Shown here one piece after another: positions 1 to 14,167 of a DNA stretch of 64,000 nucleotides (positions within the stretch are counted from its first letter, which is position 1; each line of letters opens with the position of its first letter). The notes under the pieces were generated by a model. That model searched no databases. It was not told the DNA's origin and worked only from the letters and a program-made list of their open reading frames with translations. The stretch covers positions 26,238,811 to 26,302,810 of the forward strand of contig NC_057720.1 of NCBI RefSeq assembly GCF_004010195.1, in the 5' to 3' direction. The DNA comes from Chiloscyllium plagiosum. Its lineage: Eukaryota. A program made the translations under genes and the position numbers.

Positions 1-1541
1 GTTTCACAGTGATGCTGATTACTGCACACTCCTCCCAGTCTGTTTCACAGTGATGCTGATTACTGCACACTCCTCCCAGTCTGTTTCACAGTGATGCTGA
101 TTACTGCACACTCCTCCCAGTCTGTTTCACAGTGATGCTGATTACTGCACACTCCTCCCAGTCTGTTTCACAGTGATGCTGATTACTGCACACTCCTCCC
201 AGTCTGTTTCACAGTGATGCTGATTACTGCACACTCCTCCCAGTCTGTTTCACAGTGATGCTGATTACTGCACACTCCTCCCAGTCTGTTTCACAGTGAT
301 GCTGATTACTGCACACTCCTCCCAGTCTGTTTCACAGTGATGCTGATTACTGCACACTCCTCCCAGTCTGTTTCACAGTGATGCTGATTACTGCACACTC
401 CTCCCAGTCTGTTTCACAGTGATGCTGATTACTGCACACTCCTCCCAGTCTGTTTCACAGTGATGCTGATTACTGCACACTCCTCCCAGTCTGTTTTACT
501 GTGATGCAGATTACTGCACACTCCTCCCAGTCTGTTTCACAGCGATGCTGATTACTGCACACTCCTCCCAGTCTGTTTCAAAGTGATGCTGATTACTGCA
601 CACTCCTCCCAGTCTGTTTCACACCGATGCTGATTACTGCACACTCCTCCCAGTCTGTTTCACAGCGATGCTGATTACTGCACACTCCTCCCAGTCTGTT
701 TCACAGCGATGCTGATTACTGCACACTCCTCCCAGTCTGTTTCACAGCGATGCTGATTACTGCACACTCCTCCCAGTCTGTTTCACAGCGATGCTGATTA
801 CTGCACACTCCTCCCAGTCTGTTTCAAAGTGATGCTGATTACTGCACGCTCCTCCCAGTCTATTTCATGGGGATGGTGATTACTGCACACTCCTCACTGT
901 CTGCATCACAGTGATGCTGATTACGGCACACTCCTCCCAGTCTGTTTCACAGTGATGCTGATTACTGCACACTCCTCCCAATCTGTTTCACAGCGATGAT
1001 GATTACTGCACACTCCTCCCAGACTGTTTCTCTGTGATGCTGATTACTGCACTCTCCTCCCATTCTGTTTCACAGTAATGCTGATTACTGCACACTCCTC
1101 CCAGACTGTTTCTCTGTGATGCTGATTACTGCACACTCCTCCCATTCTGTTTCACAGTAATGCTGATTACTGCACACTCCTCCCAGACTGTTTCTCTGTG
1201 ATGCTGATTACTGCACACTCCTCCCAGTCTGTTTCACAGTAATGCTGATTACTGCACACTCCTCCCAGTCTGTTTCACTGTAATGCTGATTACTGCACAC
1301 TCCTCCCAGTCTGTTTCACAGTAATGCTGATTACTGCACACTCCTTCCAGTCAGTTTCACAGTGATGCTGATTACTGCACACTTCTCCCATTCTGTTTCA
1401 GACCGATGCTGGTTACTGCACACTCCTCCCAGTCTGTTTCACACCGATGCTGGTTACTGTACACTCCTCCCAGTCTGTAACACAGCGATGCTGATTACTG
1501 CACACTTCTCGCAGTCTGTTTCACAGCAATGCTGATTACTG
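1..1541. repeat. 41-bp tandem minisatellite, about 37.5 units, truncated by the window start
   Basis: Unit GTTTCACAGTGATGCTGATTACTGCACACTCCTCCCAGTCT repeated head-to-tail with no spacers. The first ~12 units are identical and later units diverge. Confidence 0.98.
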
Positions 1542-4500
1542 TAAATGATTACCCATCTAGACTCTGTCAGACCTGCTGTCATTTTCAAGCACTTTCATTT
1601 TTTATTCGTGAAACAGTATGTTTACTAATGGTTGAGGAATTCTGAGAATATTTAAAATATATAGGATTATACCCTACCAGAAGCAACAATGAGAATAAAT
1701 TTTAAAAGGGAAATGAAGAATTATTTGGAACATAGTAAATTCAGAAAGTTCAGGAAAATAAAGGAGAATAAGACAAATTGAATGGCTCTTTCAAAGAGTC
1801 AGAACAGACAAGATAAGCAAAATGGTCTCCTGCTGAATTATAAAACTCTATGTCTCCTTGACTGATTCAAAGAATGGTAATTAACTTGCTCGTTTCTGTG
1901 GCATTTCATCTTACTTCAGTTGATTCTTCCGAATATTTTAGCTCAAGCCGTGAGGACTAATGGAATTGTCAAGAATCTGGTTTCAAGAAATACTGAGCTT
2001 GACAACATGAAAGAATATAAAATTATTTTCTCCTCTGTCTGCTACTTTCAGAAAAATAACAGACGTGAATAAAAAGTGGAGTAGGCTGCTGGGTATACAG
2101 CTAATCATCTTTCTCCAATTTAATTTTTCATTACTTTACCGAATGAAAGAATGTTCCCAGTTACTGTGCTTGCCATGTTAGAGCGGGAAGTCATGATGCT
2201 GTATATTATGATGGCAATATGCATTAACTCCCACTTTCTGGAATTCAACGGAGTCAGCTCACTTTCCATTCAGTGAGGTGCAGAATTCCCAATGTCTCTT
2301 TGTTCTTCACAAAAAGTGACCACTTCAACGATCAATATCTGAACCTTAGAAATTAACTATAACACCTCCTACATTTAGTAAGAAACAATTGCTTAAGAAA
2401 TCTGCAAATTCAATCACACTCAATCAATTCATTGTTAAATCAGATCAACACTTTTAACATTCGAGTAACATAGGAGTCCAAATGACATATTTATACATTT
2501 CCTTCCAGCTCTAATTGAATATTTACTGTCTATCGAGCACATAAGAAATGCATTGCCCATTAAAAGAAAGATTTTATTAAATTAATGTGGTTATGTAATG
2601 GCATTTTTATGAACCATCTGAATTAATTATATTATTGCAGCATTATTATGTGGCAGTATTCCATTTAGGCAATGGTTATAGAGAAGATATTCAACGTGCT
2701 GTCACTTCCTTCAGTTAACTAACAACAGGCTTCACTTGAGAATGAAATATTTTCTAACATCATAAATTTGCAGCGAAAGGTTGCTGGGTGTTATTCATTT
2801 ATTGCTTTGTGTTAAATCTAATTTAAATCATTGACTGGTTGCAAGTAATTTAAGAACAGGAGAGTGGGAGTGGGCCATTCAGTTTCTCTGCTTGTACTGC
2901 CACTCAATTATGTTAAGGTTGATCTGCAACTCCCACTGAAATTCTGTTCTAGTCTATGTCTTTAATATGGTTTCTATAGTTAAAAACAAACAATATTTTT
3001 AATCAAATGTCAGATTGGTTCAGTTAGTATCACCTTCATGTTTGTTGGAAAGTTATATGTTCAAGTCTCAGTCTGTAACTGGAACAGATAATCTACTTCC
3101 GTGAAGCACTTAGTTTTGGGTTTAGATTTTATTGTCATGAGTACTCAGGTACAGGAGGAGTACAGGGAAAAGTGTACAATGTCGCCACACACAGTGTCAT
3201 CTTAGGTACAAGGTAGCAAAAGGTAGAAACAAAATTCAAAAGATAAGCAATACAGACCATCATAGTGTCAGTAGATAAATAAAGAAATAAGGTAATAGTT
3301 AATATTAAAGTTCTTCTTAATATAAACTAGAAAATAAATAAATAAAATTAAAAGTTCAACAGTCTTTCTTGAGTGCTTAACCTCAATCTTCTCTGCTTAG
3401 GAACTATTGAATTGTCACAGAGATGATGTTCTTCAAATAGGACATGAAACTAAAGTCCTTTATGCTTTGGTGGCTATGACAGATTCAATTGCATTATATG
3501 AGTCCTTTGATGTCCTGATCAAGACTGCTCCCATAATTAATGCCAACCAAGAACAGATTGAGTACTCGTTCATTTCAAAACATTTTGCAGATTTTGAAGG
3601 ATAAAGTTGGCATTGTATTAACGTTACAGCAGTGGTTAGATTTCAGAATAATTCAATGTATGCAATGATGTTTCAGAGAAATGTGATAAGAGGATACGTA
3701 AATACCAAGGCTTTTAAATTCTTTCTCAAATTTTAATGAAGGATAATATTGTGAATTTGCTTCTAACAGGGCTTTTTTTACATGATTCTGTAATGCTTAT
3801 ATTATCTCTCACAACATAAGAAATTGAACATGGATATAATGGTATTGAAAGACATTTATTACAATTGACTATAATATACAAACATTATATTCCTTGGGCA
3901 CATAAGTAATAGTGAACTATTAGATTATAACAGAGGAGCAAGTTTGCAGTAGGATATCATTGCTTCAGTGATTCAAGATAAAATGCAATATGTGATTTCA
4001 ATATACTCAGGACATATGCTGTGATGCAGTGATGACATCATAGGCATGTATCTTAAAACCACAGAGACATATTGACCATGAAACATAATGCAATGTCCTC
4101 CAATTAACAAAGGGAAAAAAAAACTAATCGGAAACACATTGTTGTAAATAGGCATATGTTGCCAGTTTGATAATCCCACAAATAGGGGTGGAGATTTGAC
4201 AACTTTCCTCATCTGGCTGGAGAGGTGTGTGATGTTCTGTTGCACGTGTTGGACAACTTGGTTGGCTTGCATCTGATTGCTGTCATTACTGTATAATCAT
4301 CATCAAAGCATTCTTCCCTACCCTCTCCATGCACAATTACCGTACGATACATTAGTTTGAGCTGGCTTCTTTTTCTTCACATTATATTACCGTAAACAGT
4401 AATGACTTTAGATGATCTTGGCTGGTTGCATGTTTTAGAACCCTTTGCTGCTATCCAAATATTTGAATTTCTAAGTCTCACTCTCGAACCAGTGTGCAGT

Positions 4501-4542
4501 TTTGGTGTTCCTCTGTCTGCTTGCTCAATGTGCATCTCTTTC

Positions 4543-6005
4543 ATAGAACAAAGAACAGTACAGCACAGTACAGGCCCTTCAGCCCACTATGGTGTGCTGA
4601 GCATTTATCATAATCTAAGATCAACTTAACCTATACACCCCTCAATTTACTGCTGTCCATGTGCTTGTCCAGCAGTCATTTATATGACCCTAGTATCTCT
4701 GACTCTACTACCATTGCTGGCAGTGTATTCCACACACCTACCATTCTCTGCATAAAGAACCTACCTTTGACATCTCCCCTATACCTCTCTCTAATCACCT
4801 TAAAATTATGACCCATTGTGACAGCCGTTTCTGCCCTGGGGAAAGGTCTCTGGCCATCTACTCTACTTATGCCTCTCATTACCTTGGACACCTTTATCGA
4901 GTCACCTCTCATCCTTCTTTCCAGTGTGAAAAGCCCCAGTTCACTCAACCTTTCTTCATAAGACATGGCCTCCAATCCAGGCAGCATCTTGATAAATCTC
5001 CTCTGAACCCTCTCAAATGCATCCAAATCCTTCCTATAATGAGGTGACCAGAGCTGGACACAATATTCCAAGTGTGGTCCAACCAGGGTTTTACAGAGCT
5101 GAAGCAAAACCTCACAACTCTTAAACTCAATCCCCATTAATGAAAACCAAAACACCATTTGACTTCTTAACAACCCTATCAACTGGGGTGGTAGCTTTGA
5201 AGGACTTATGTACATGGACCCCAAGATCCAGCTGTTCCTCCACACTATCCCAAGAATCCTGCCTAAAACCCTGTATTCAGCATTCAAATTTGACCTTCCA
5301 AAATGAATCATTTCACATTTATCCAGATTGAACTCCATCTGCCACTTTTTTGCCCAACTCTGAATCCTATCAATGTCTTGTTGTAGCCTACGACAGCCCT
5401 TGACACTGTGTACAACACCACTTACCTTTGTGTCATCAGCAAACTTACTAACCCACCTTTCCATTTCTTCATCTAAGTCATTTATAAAAACTACAAAGAG
5501 CAGAGGCCCAAGAGCAGAATGCTGTGAGACACCACTGGTCACTGACCTCCAAGTGGAATACTTTCCATCCACTACCACTCACTGTCTTCTTTCGGCCAGC
5601 CAATTCTGTATCCAGACAGCCAAATTTCTCTGTATCCCATTCCTTCTAACTTTCTGAATGAGTTTATCATGGGGAACCTAATCAACTGCTTCACTGAACT
5701 CCAAATACACCATATCCACTGTTTGACCTTCGTCAACTTGTCTCATCATAACTTCAAAGAACTCAATAAGGCTTGCGAGGCATGATCTGCCCCTCACAAA
5801 GCCATGCTGATTATCTTTAATCAAACTATATTTTTCCAAATAGTCATAAATCCTATTTTTCGGAATCCTTTCCAGTACCTTGCTTCCCACAGACTTAAGA
5901 CTGACCAGTCTGTAATTTCCAGGGATTTCCCTAATCTATTTCTTGAACAGAGGAACAACATTTGTCTCCCTCCAATCATCCAGGACTGTTCCTGTGGAGA
6001 ATGAG
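4543..6005 (-). mobile_element. 5'-truncated CR1 LINE (HER1-like): RT region and 3' UTR
   Basis: ORF 4676-5578 has SGVSQHSALGPLLFVVFINDLD..KFADDTK..HLEYCVQLWSP. ORF 5678-5890 has QHGFVRGRSCL. The (TGTTCTA)n-type tail is at ~4543-4560. Confidence 0.95.
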
Positions 6006-6009
6006 GGTG

Positions 6010-8920
6010 CCTTTTAAGAATCATTTCCTGTGTCTCAGAATATTTAATCAATTTTTTACTGGATAAGCCTTTTCTCGCCTGCTGTGCTGAGTTGGTAATC
6101 CCTTTTCCATCGGATTCAATACAATGCAAATTTGTGCCTTGTTGTTCAACTCTTAATGATCATTGATTTGGTAATAAATATCTACTACACATACTGTTAG
6201 ACCCTCTAAATGTGGATCAAGGGGCAACATTATATGGGTCACTCTCTACTTAGTATAATTGCCTTGAAATGATTGTGCTTTGTTGTCAGTGATTATCTGA
6301 TCCCATGCACTGAACAAACTGAAAGTAGTGGTCACTGTGTCAATGATGGGTCATTTTGTTGCTAAGTGATCAAACAACAGGAAATTTGGAGAAATGATCT
6401 GTCACAAGGATATAACTTTACCCAAGGATTGTAAATTGGTCTGTGGTTACTTTGAATCAAGGAGGTGACAGAAAATTGTGTGAATATAAAGGCTCCCTCC
6501 GGTTCTGGGATGCTATGTTTACTATTGCTTCATGTGCATTCACAATTTGTTGGGTATCGTGATTCATCTCTGGCCAAATTCTACAACTTTAACAAAGCAT
6601 TCATCAGCGGTTTGTAGCATTTCATTTCTAATAACGTATGGCCTCTTTCAATTTTTTGCCAATAAGTTTGTGAGAAATTCTCCAAATGGTGCATTAAGTG
6701 TTGTGAAATCCTGGAATTCTTATGCTAAGTCAATATTTGCCCTTCACATCTAACTTGGAAAAAGAAATGTACTCTGGAAAATTTAGTATTTGATTCTTCC
6801 ATCATCAATAAGTATGCTGAATTTCAGAGATAACATCTCGGCATTCTATGTTGGCATAGTTGGCTTGGCATGCTTCACAAGCCAAAGGGAACAGTTCCTA
6901 TCTTGCAAAAGAGCTTGCCTAGGCCTTTTTGCAAGATAATTACTTCGCGAATCATGACCTTCCTGAGATCATGATTTTGCAGTAGGCAAGATTTTGCTGG
7001 CAATACCCTTTTAAGAGAAGCAAAGATGTATGGTGGTCATTTTGTCACAGTTGGGATGTCGTCCTTGAGCAAATCTCTCAACAGTGATACCTTGGATGCA
7101 GAGTTGTGAATATATGGTGAGACAAAAATTAAAAACTCCGAGGCAATGTCACAGATCCTTCTTATCCTGTGGGGTTACAATTTGTTAAACATCCTCAACC
7201 TTACGTGGATTGAGATAGACTCCATGAGTGGAGTAAATGAAGTAGAAGAAGTTTATATTAGAGCTGATATTGACCGAGCACTTAGTATTATTAAATGCTA
7301 ATCTTTATCAGTGTACTGCTATCAATATGGGATGGCTATGGTTATTCTCATGCTATGACTTTGTCTTACACATGAATGCAAGATCATCATAGTTGCAACC
7401 AGGTCGATTCTCAATAATCCTATCCACATACTGCAGAGTAGTCTTGGCTAACCAACTGCACAAATGGTGAGCAGAGGAGCACCTTCCAAATGGTTCCTTA
7501 AGCGTTGTGAGATCCTGGAATTCTTGTACTAAGTCAGTATTTGTCCTTTACATCTAGGTTGGAAAAAGAAATGGACTCTGGAAAATTTAGTATTTGATTC
7601 TTCCATCATCAGTATTTTGTGTAGACAGTTTTTAAAGTGCATAGTTGGATCTCGGCATATCTTCTGGTGCAATCTTTCTTTGAATTGCAAGTAATGAGGC
7701 TGCACCAATCTGTTAAGTGAGTCATGACACCATTTTCCTCTGTCTCATTCAGTTCTACTTGAAGTGCTTAGTGCACTTCCTTGGAGGATCAATAAATGGT
7801 GTTGCATCATCCTTGGGATGCAATACCACATCACCTCACAGATTTCAAACCCACTGGAGTTTGAAATCATTGACTGATTTGATTGTGGTATGTGTGGTCT
7901 GTTCTGCCATAGTCAGTTTGTGTATCATCACTGCAGTGTTCTTGTGCCAATGAATGGAATTGTTGATCTGTTATCCACTGTCAGAAGGTCTCTCGTAGAT
8001 CTATCATGGAGCTCCACTTGCTAACGTACATATTTTTCATCATGTGTATTGGTAATACGTTGCCAGTAACTTTCATATCAGTTTTGAATTTGTCCCTGCC
8101 TTCTGAGAATATATAATGATGGTAGATAAAGCTTCTGATTGCCCCTTACACCATCAACAACATGTGTAAGATGATCAACATGGACAGCCAAGTCATCTTA
8201 TGAACTTATCCATCGGTTTAGTTGACTTGGAACCTCATTGATGTGTTTATATTTGTGTACCTTTCTTACATGTTCCTTTCTGCTGGTGTTTTGGTGTCTT
8301 AATGATCAACTGTATTTTTTTTTGTGGTCTGTCTTGACCTTTGGAACCCGATTTCTTTCACAAGCGGTCCAAGGTCCTTTGGTGCTAAATGTTTTATAGA
8401 TAATAATAAAAACCTGGCAGCTTTTGGTTAGGTCCAACAGAGTGCATTTGTTATGGATTTAGTTGGTTTGGAGTACTTTATTGACTGGAGAGATCGTGTC
8501 AGCTGTACCAAAAACATGTAATTGTCATTGTCCTGCCTCTATAGCTTCATACTTGCATCTATCCTCAAGAATTGTGTCAATGTTTATGGCTGTTTCTCTC
8601 ATCAAAAAGACCCTTGCTAAAGTTTTAATTGGTGTAGATGACGAACTGTATGAGCGTCTCTGACAGTTCTTCAGGAAAACCATGCTCATGACTCCTTGTG
8701 ACATCTTCTGACAAACTGGTTGATTAACTGTTGGGATTGCCGTCTGTATGGCATGAGTTGGAGCTAATCCTGAAGTTTATCCTTACCTTGAGCTGGTCTC
8801 AGAAAAAGATCAAAGTTAAGATGGCGTATGAGACCTTTTTACACTGAGGTTACATGCAACAATACACTGATGACATGTCTCTTCAAAAATATAAACAGTC
8901 TGACCATGAAACTAACAAGC
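6010..8920 (-). mobile_element. Highly degraded Gypsy/Ty3 LTR retrotransposon internal region (RT upstream of integrase)
   Basis: Minus-strand fragments read ATPFIDPPRK, TDWCS and FTT.N.PFG (RT, ~7300-7860). Integrase-like zinc-finger/core remnants at ~6150-6570. Many stops and frameshifts. Confidence 0.6.
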
Positions 8921-9479
8921 AAGTAACATCCGGAGTAGCCTGTATTTTCTTTTTCACTTTCTTCTGGTCTGCATCCATTCCAACAGGTTTCTATGGCCTC
9001 CTTTCCAGTAAATAAACATTGACGTGGTCGACAGTTTTTAAGAACTAACTAATGTGCACTAATTTATATACACTGTTATATAATTAATAGTCATTAGCAA
9101 AGTCCTAACTGTATTTCAAAGCTTTTTCTTGGGAGCAAACATTTCTAATGCATATTAATACTGTAAACCAAAAATGTTACTTTACTTATCAATTAATGAG
9201 GAATTACAAATTTATTCATCACATACTGATCAGTGAAGCCTTTATGTGAAATTTTCTGCAATAAAGGAGAATAGAGAGGAGAACTTTATGGGGACGTCTT
9301 GACAATCGCAAAATATGTTTATGGGCGGATGAGTAAGTGCCCTTGTACATCAATATAAATATTATCCTATTGAAAGTATTGATTGCAACTTGACACTATG
9401 AAACACTTATGAATTCAAACAATCTATCAAAATATATCCAAAATTTATCAATATTAACTTTAAATTTCCATCAATTTTA

Positions 9480-10200
9480 GTTTGTGGAGAGAGTTCCAAA
9501 CTCTCCACTTCAGCTACCCTTTGTGTGTAGATGTGTTGCTAACTTTGTTTCTGAAAGGTCTGGTTTTAAACTTTAGGTTACTCAACGAGTGCAAATATAT
9601 TATTCCTATCTGTTGTATCTTTTAATGTCTTAACAGCCTTATTATCTTAAAAATCAGGCCAAGCTGCTAAATTTGAGGGGTATGAGCCTCGTCTGTCTAA
9701 TTTCTAATCTCTTCCCCGATCCTTCTCTTTGGAGTCTATCCTTTATTTTCTTAATTTTACCCTGCACTTGCTCCAAGATTAATAAATTCTTTGTAAGCTG
9801 TGGTGAACAGAATTATGCATTGTTTTCTCTAGGTGTTATCTAAACAGGGCTTTGTACTGAGGACTCATGAAGGCAGTTTGCTCATCTTTCCCTCGTCCTA
9901 CTTCTGTTAAAATCCGAAGTAGATGAGTTCAATTCAGTTTGAGATTCTTGCTTCAGATTTTTAACGTTTTAACATTGTCACATTTGAAGGGTTAAAATTA
10001 CTCCCATCAATTCTCAAGAACAAAAGGAGGAAGATAACCCATTCTGCCAAATGCTGACTCTGTGAAGGAGACCTCCACTTATTCTCAAAACCTTGGTCCT
10101 TTCCCAGACCCTGTAAATATTTTCTGTTCAAGTTCATATCAAAATGTCTCTCAGAATCTATCTTTGAATCTTCTTCCGACATCCCAAAATTCATAATTAG
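9480..10200 (-). mobile_element. Old, diverged CR1/L2-type LINE 3' fragments
   Basis: Faint similarity to the RT C-terminus and 3' UTR of the younger CR1 copies in this window (e.g. gagagttccaaactctcc..ctttgtgtgtag). Confidence 0.4.
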
Positions 10201-10794
10201 AATCAATAGTTTTGAATGAAGCTGAATATCACAAGCCAGTTATCAATTTAACATAAAAACTAATCATGCAATAGATTTAATTTATATAAAATGAATAATG
10301 CACTAAAAATGAATCACTTCACATTCAAGTTTATGCAAAACTAAAAAGTTTTAGTTTGCAACATTTTTGTAGTAACTTTCTCAAAATCTGCCAAAAATTA
10401 ATATGAAAATATAAATGCTTAACCCAACTGTAAGTATAAATTGAAGTGATTGACTTGAAGTTTAGATGGAAATATCTGATTACTTTTGCAATGCATTCAC
10501 ATGTTCGCTAGCTATTTGTTGTAAAATTTAGAACTATTTTTGTATTGATGTTTCTGTTCATTGTTATCATTTTCATCCCCACGCTGTTATTATCTTCCAC
10601 TGACGTTTTTGAAAAAGATACATAAGGAGGTCATAAGATATATATAACCATGTACTCAATTGTTATGCTGAATTTACTATGTGGAGTGGAAGAAATCGAA
10701 AACAATTATTTGACGATGCAATAACTTCTCAAAGTAGAGTTCACAGAAACAAAACAAATTTCTAAGATTCCTGATATCTGGTCACATGAGGATT

Positions 10795-11300
10795 CTACAC
10801 ATGGTGGCTCAGTGATTAGCACTGCTGCCTCAAAATGCTAAGGACTTGGATTTCATTCCAGCCTCAGGTGACTGTCTGTGTGGAGCTGGCACACTCTCCC
10901 TGTGATGTGAAGGTGCTAATGTTGGACTGGGATGGACAAAGTCAGATATCACATGACACCAGGTTATAGCCCAACAGGTCTATTTGAAACCTCAAGTTTT
11001 TGAAGTCTGACCTGACGAAGGAGCAGTGCTCTGAAAGCTTGAGATTTCAAATTAAATGTGTTGGACTTTAACCTGTCATCATGTGACTTTTGGCATTCTC
11101 CCCATGCCTGTGTCAGTTCCCTCCCACAGTCCAAAAATGTGCAGGTTAGGTAGATTGGCCAAGCTAAATCATTCATAGTGAAGAGGGATGTGCAGGCTAG
11201 GTGGATTAGATAGGATAGAGAGTTGAATTGCTCTTTGGAGGGTTGGTGTGGAGGTGATAGGCCAAATTAACAGCTTCTACATTCAAGACATTCTATGACT
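10795..11300 (+). mobile_element. HE1-like tRNA-derived SINE interrupted by a PLE terminal palindrome
   Basis: tRNA head TGGCTCAGTG(G/A)TTAGCACTGCTGCCTCA. The body resumes at ~11094 and ends in a CR1-like tail (ttctatgact). Confidence 0.85.
10905..11093. mobile_element. Diverged PLE terminal palindrome; hammerhead motif at 11012-11040 (+)
   Basis: Same family as 27876-28082 (gttggactggg..acaccaggttatag..). Motif CTGACGA-A-GGAGC-AGT-GCTCT-GAAA-GC-TT. Confidence 0.75.
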
Positions 11301-11940
11301 GTGAATACAGTACCCTCATACATTTCAGTATTAAATGACAACAGCGTTGTTTTTGATTTCTTAAAGAAAAATTGCCTTGGTTAGTGGAATAAGTAATTTC
11401 ATCCAAGTCCTTACCAATGGCTGCCCCTGTGCACCTCTGATCAAGCTGCATGTCATCTGTCATCAAAGAATTCCAACAGAACTACAGTAATATTGGACTT
11501 ATTGAGGGCCTATAAGAAAACCTAGGTCCATCTCTGTCTGACTGTATGTTCCAGAGAAAATGCAGGAGGATTGGTGAAGTTATGAAAGACAGTGAGTGGC
11601 TTCTCTACTTTGGACATAGAAGAAGGAAACATTCAGGCACTGCTCATTATGTATTAAGGCTGAGCAATACACAAAAGTTACAATTATCAAAGACACCCTA
11701 TGGGAATTGTGTGTTTTCACCACAAATCCTGTTCAACAATAGGGAAAGGTTCCATTGGTAGATGTACAGTTACCCACCGCTGGGCCTTACCAAGCAACTG
11801 GTAAATGATTATCACTTATTTCTATATTGCTGAAAGGTAAGCATGCTTCAAAAGGGAGCTTCTGCAATATTTGTCCAGATGAGGGATTTCATATTTTTTT
11901 CTACAGAAGATTAGGTGGCTTAGGCATGCCAAATTGCCCA

Positions 11941-12238
11941 TAGAGGCAGAGTGGCTGCAGGGTGGAGAGATAAATGAGAGGAGGGTGAGGATGGGGAGAA
12001 AGTAGCATAGAGTACAATAGGTGAATGGGAGTGGGGGTCACCTCCATCCCCATCCCCACTCAGCTATGGTACTCTATGCTACATTCCCCCCACCCCCACC
12101 TTCCTCTCAGTTATCTCTCCACCCTTCAGACACTCTGCCTCTATTCCTGATGAAAGGCTTTTGCCCGAAACGTCGATTTTCCTGCTCCTCGGATGCTGCC
12201 TGAACTGCTGTGCTTTTCCAGCACCACTCTAATCTCGA
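11941..12238 (+). mobile_element. PLE 3' terminus with inverted 5' arm
   Basis: Arms ~11941-12035 and ~12050-12143 are reverse complements. They are followed by the ribozyme motif and the terminal sequence gatgctgcctgaactgctgtgcttttccagcaccactctaatct. Confidence 0.85.
12147..12174 (+). ncRNA. Minimal hammerhead ribozyme motif (PLE type)
   Basis: CTGATGA-AA-GGC-TTTT-GCC-C-GAAA-CG-TC: conserved core, stem II, no stem III loop, GUC triplet. Confidence 0.7.
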
Positions 12239-12299
12239 ACATGAATGCTGAACCCAAATCCGAGGTACTGGGCAAATGTAGGTAAGATTTTCAAAAATA

Positions 12300-12640
12300 C
12301 AAAATAGAACTTGAAACAGACCATTCAAACCTCCACAATCCAATGGCAAATCTGTTTGAGTTTCAGTTTCCTCTTTCCCATCTACCCTAATCATCTTTGA
12401 TGCCCTCACCCAAGAAGAATCTATCTGTCTTTGCTTTGATTTTATTCAATGACTCTGCCTCCATTGCCTTCTGAAGCAGAAAGTTACAAAGTCACACAAC
12501 ACTGTCGGAGAAACAAAAATCTCAGCATCCGTAACCAAAAGGGTAACCCCTGATTTTAAATGGTTCTTAGCTCTAGACTCACCTAAAAGGAAAAACAGCC
12601 TTTCCACAGCCACCTTGTTAGACCATATAAACATCAATCA
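12300..12640 (-). mobile_element. Old CR1-type LINE 3' fragment
   Basis: ORF 12446-12637 (VERLFFLLGESRAKNHL) resembles the CR1 RT C-terminus (LFP.VGESRTRGH). Confidence 0.6.
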
Positions 12641-13231
12641 AGTCATGACTCAGAACAATGTAAACAGGGTATCTTAAATTATTAGAATTCTTTAAAGCTT
12701 GCACATCTTCATTCTGCAAAACCTGATTTCCATGCATCATGAGGAATAAGTCCAGCCTCAATCAGCACCTAAAGAGGACTCCGTCCTTTTGTAATTAATG
12801 GATATCTGCAGAAGCAACCAGATAAACAAAGCAGGCTATATTGAACACCATCTTTTAGTCAATCACTTATATCATCCTGATCACAATGGTCAAATGTATA
12901 CAAAACAATTGCCCTGACAAAAAATACAATTCTCTATCTGGTCTTACTTCAAATACCATTTAAATCTACCCAAAAATTTCATTCTACTTCCAAACAAAAG
13001 AAACTGAAGCATTTGCAACAATCTTCACCCAAAGTGCCAAGTGGATGATTCATCTTGGTCTATTCTGGATATCACCAGCATACAGAAGCTCACTACATGG
13101 TTTGAGGCACTGGATACTGCAGAGGCTCAAGGCCAAATAATATTCTGGCAATAGTAATTAAGACTTGTGCTCTAGAGCTTGCCAAACTCCTCACCAAGCT
13201 GTTTGAATATAGCTACAATATTGGTATCTCC

Positions 13232-14167
13232 TGTGATGAAGTTGAAGGCGTGTACTGTACCTTTCAGAGAGAGTGAATGCTGTTCTAAACTGAGAGCTTA
13301 ATAAGCACCTGTGTATATGAATAGATAGCAGTCTCAGAGTGTTCTGGAAAATTGAAAATATGTAATATTTGGCTGTGAAATGGATACCTGAGTTTTGGTT
13401 GTGGTTTAGACAACAATTTGAATTTAACCAATCAGTTTAAATTATGCCCCAGGATACTAAAATCCAATCGAGATTAAATTTATTGCTTTGCCAATATTGA
13501 ATCAATGAGATTATCCAATGTGGGGGATATAAAAATGCAGAGTTTTTGAAAATTGGAGAGAGATCAACTGCCATCAATACAGATCCAGGAAATTAGGAAA
13601 TATTCTCTAATAAAGGTATGTTTTCATATAAAACATACTTGCAGTAAAAAGAAAGAAGGTGGCCCAGGGAATTCAGCAGCAGGACGAGTGAAGTCACAGA
13701 AGACAACAGCAGTTGGGTGGGTTTGAAATTATGTTGATGTAATTTTAGTAAGTGCTTTATTGGAACAGTATATTGTTATAGAGTTAGAGGCTGGTAATAA
13801 GCAGTTATGAGAAAGGGAGGCTTTGAGTTATGAATAGTTATTTTTAATGTTCACTTTTAGAGTAAAGAAAAATTGAAATTATTTTCTTTAAATAGTGAAT
13901 TTGGGAGTTCTCTGTCACTCATATTTTAATAGATTATGAGGCAAGGCGAGCTTTTCTAGGTCAAGATTAGAGTGGTGCTGGAAAAGCACAGCAGGTCAGG
14001 CAGCATCCGAGGAGCAGGAAAATTGATCTGATGTCCTGATGAAGGGCCTTTGCCCAAAACTTTGATTTTCCTGACTCTAATCTCCAGCATCTGCAGTACC
14101 CACGTCTGGCGAGCTTTTCTGGGTGTTTGGTTTAATTAACAGAGGGGTTCACCGCCATGTCGTAATA
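13232..14167 (+). mobile_element. Probable solo LTR inserted into the LINE
   Basis: Starts TGTGATG. LINE sequence breaks at ..ggtatctcc and resumes at ..acaatgtggaagattgcc. TATA-like tataaaa at ~13528. The terminal CA is degenerate and no TSD is clear. Confidence 0.55.
13958..14107. mobile_element. Short PLE terminal palindrome with 13-bp TSD
   Basis: TSD GGCGAGCTTTTCT at 13945-13957 and 14108-14120. Degenerate hammerhead CTGATGA-AGGGC-CTTT-GCCC-AAAAC at ~14036-14060. Confidence 0.85.

Noticed and set aside
1..1541. CRISPR array
   Set aside because: Units are contiguous with no unique spacers, there are no cas genes, and the context is eukaryotic.
4676..5578. Functional 300-aa reverse transcriptase gene
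   Set aside because: Fragment of a truncated CR1 with an out-of-frame middle section and frameshifts upstream.
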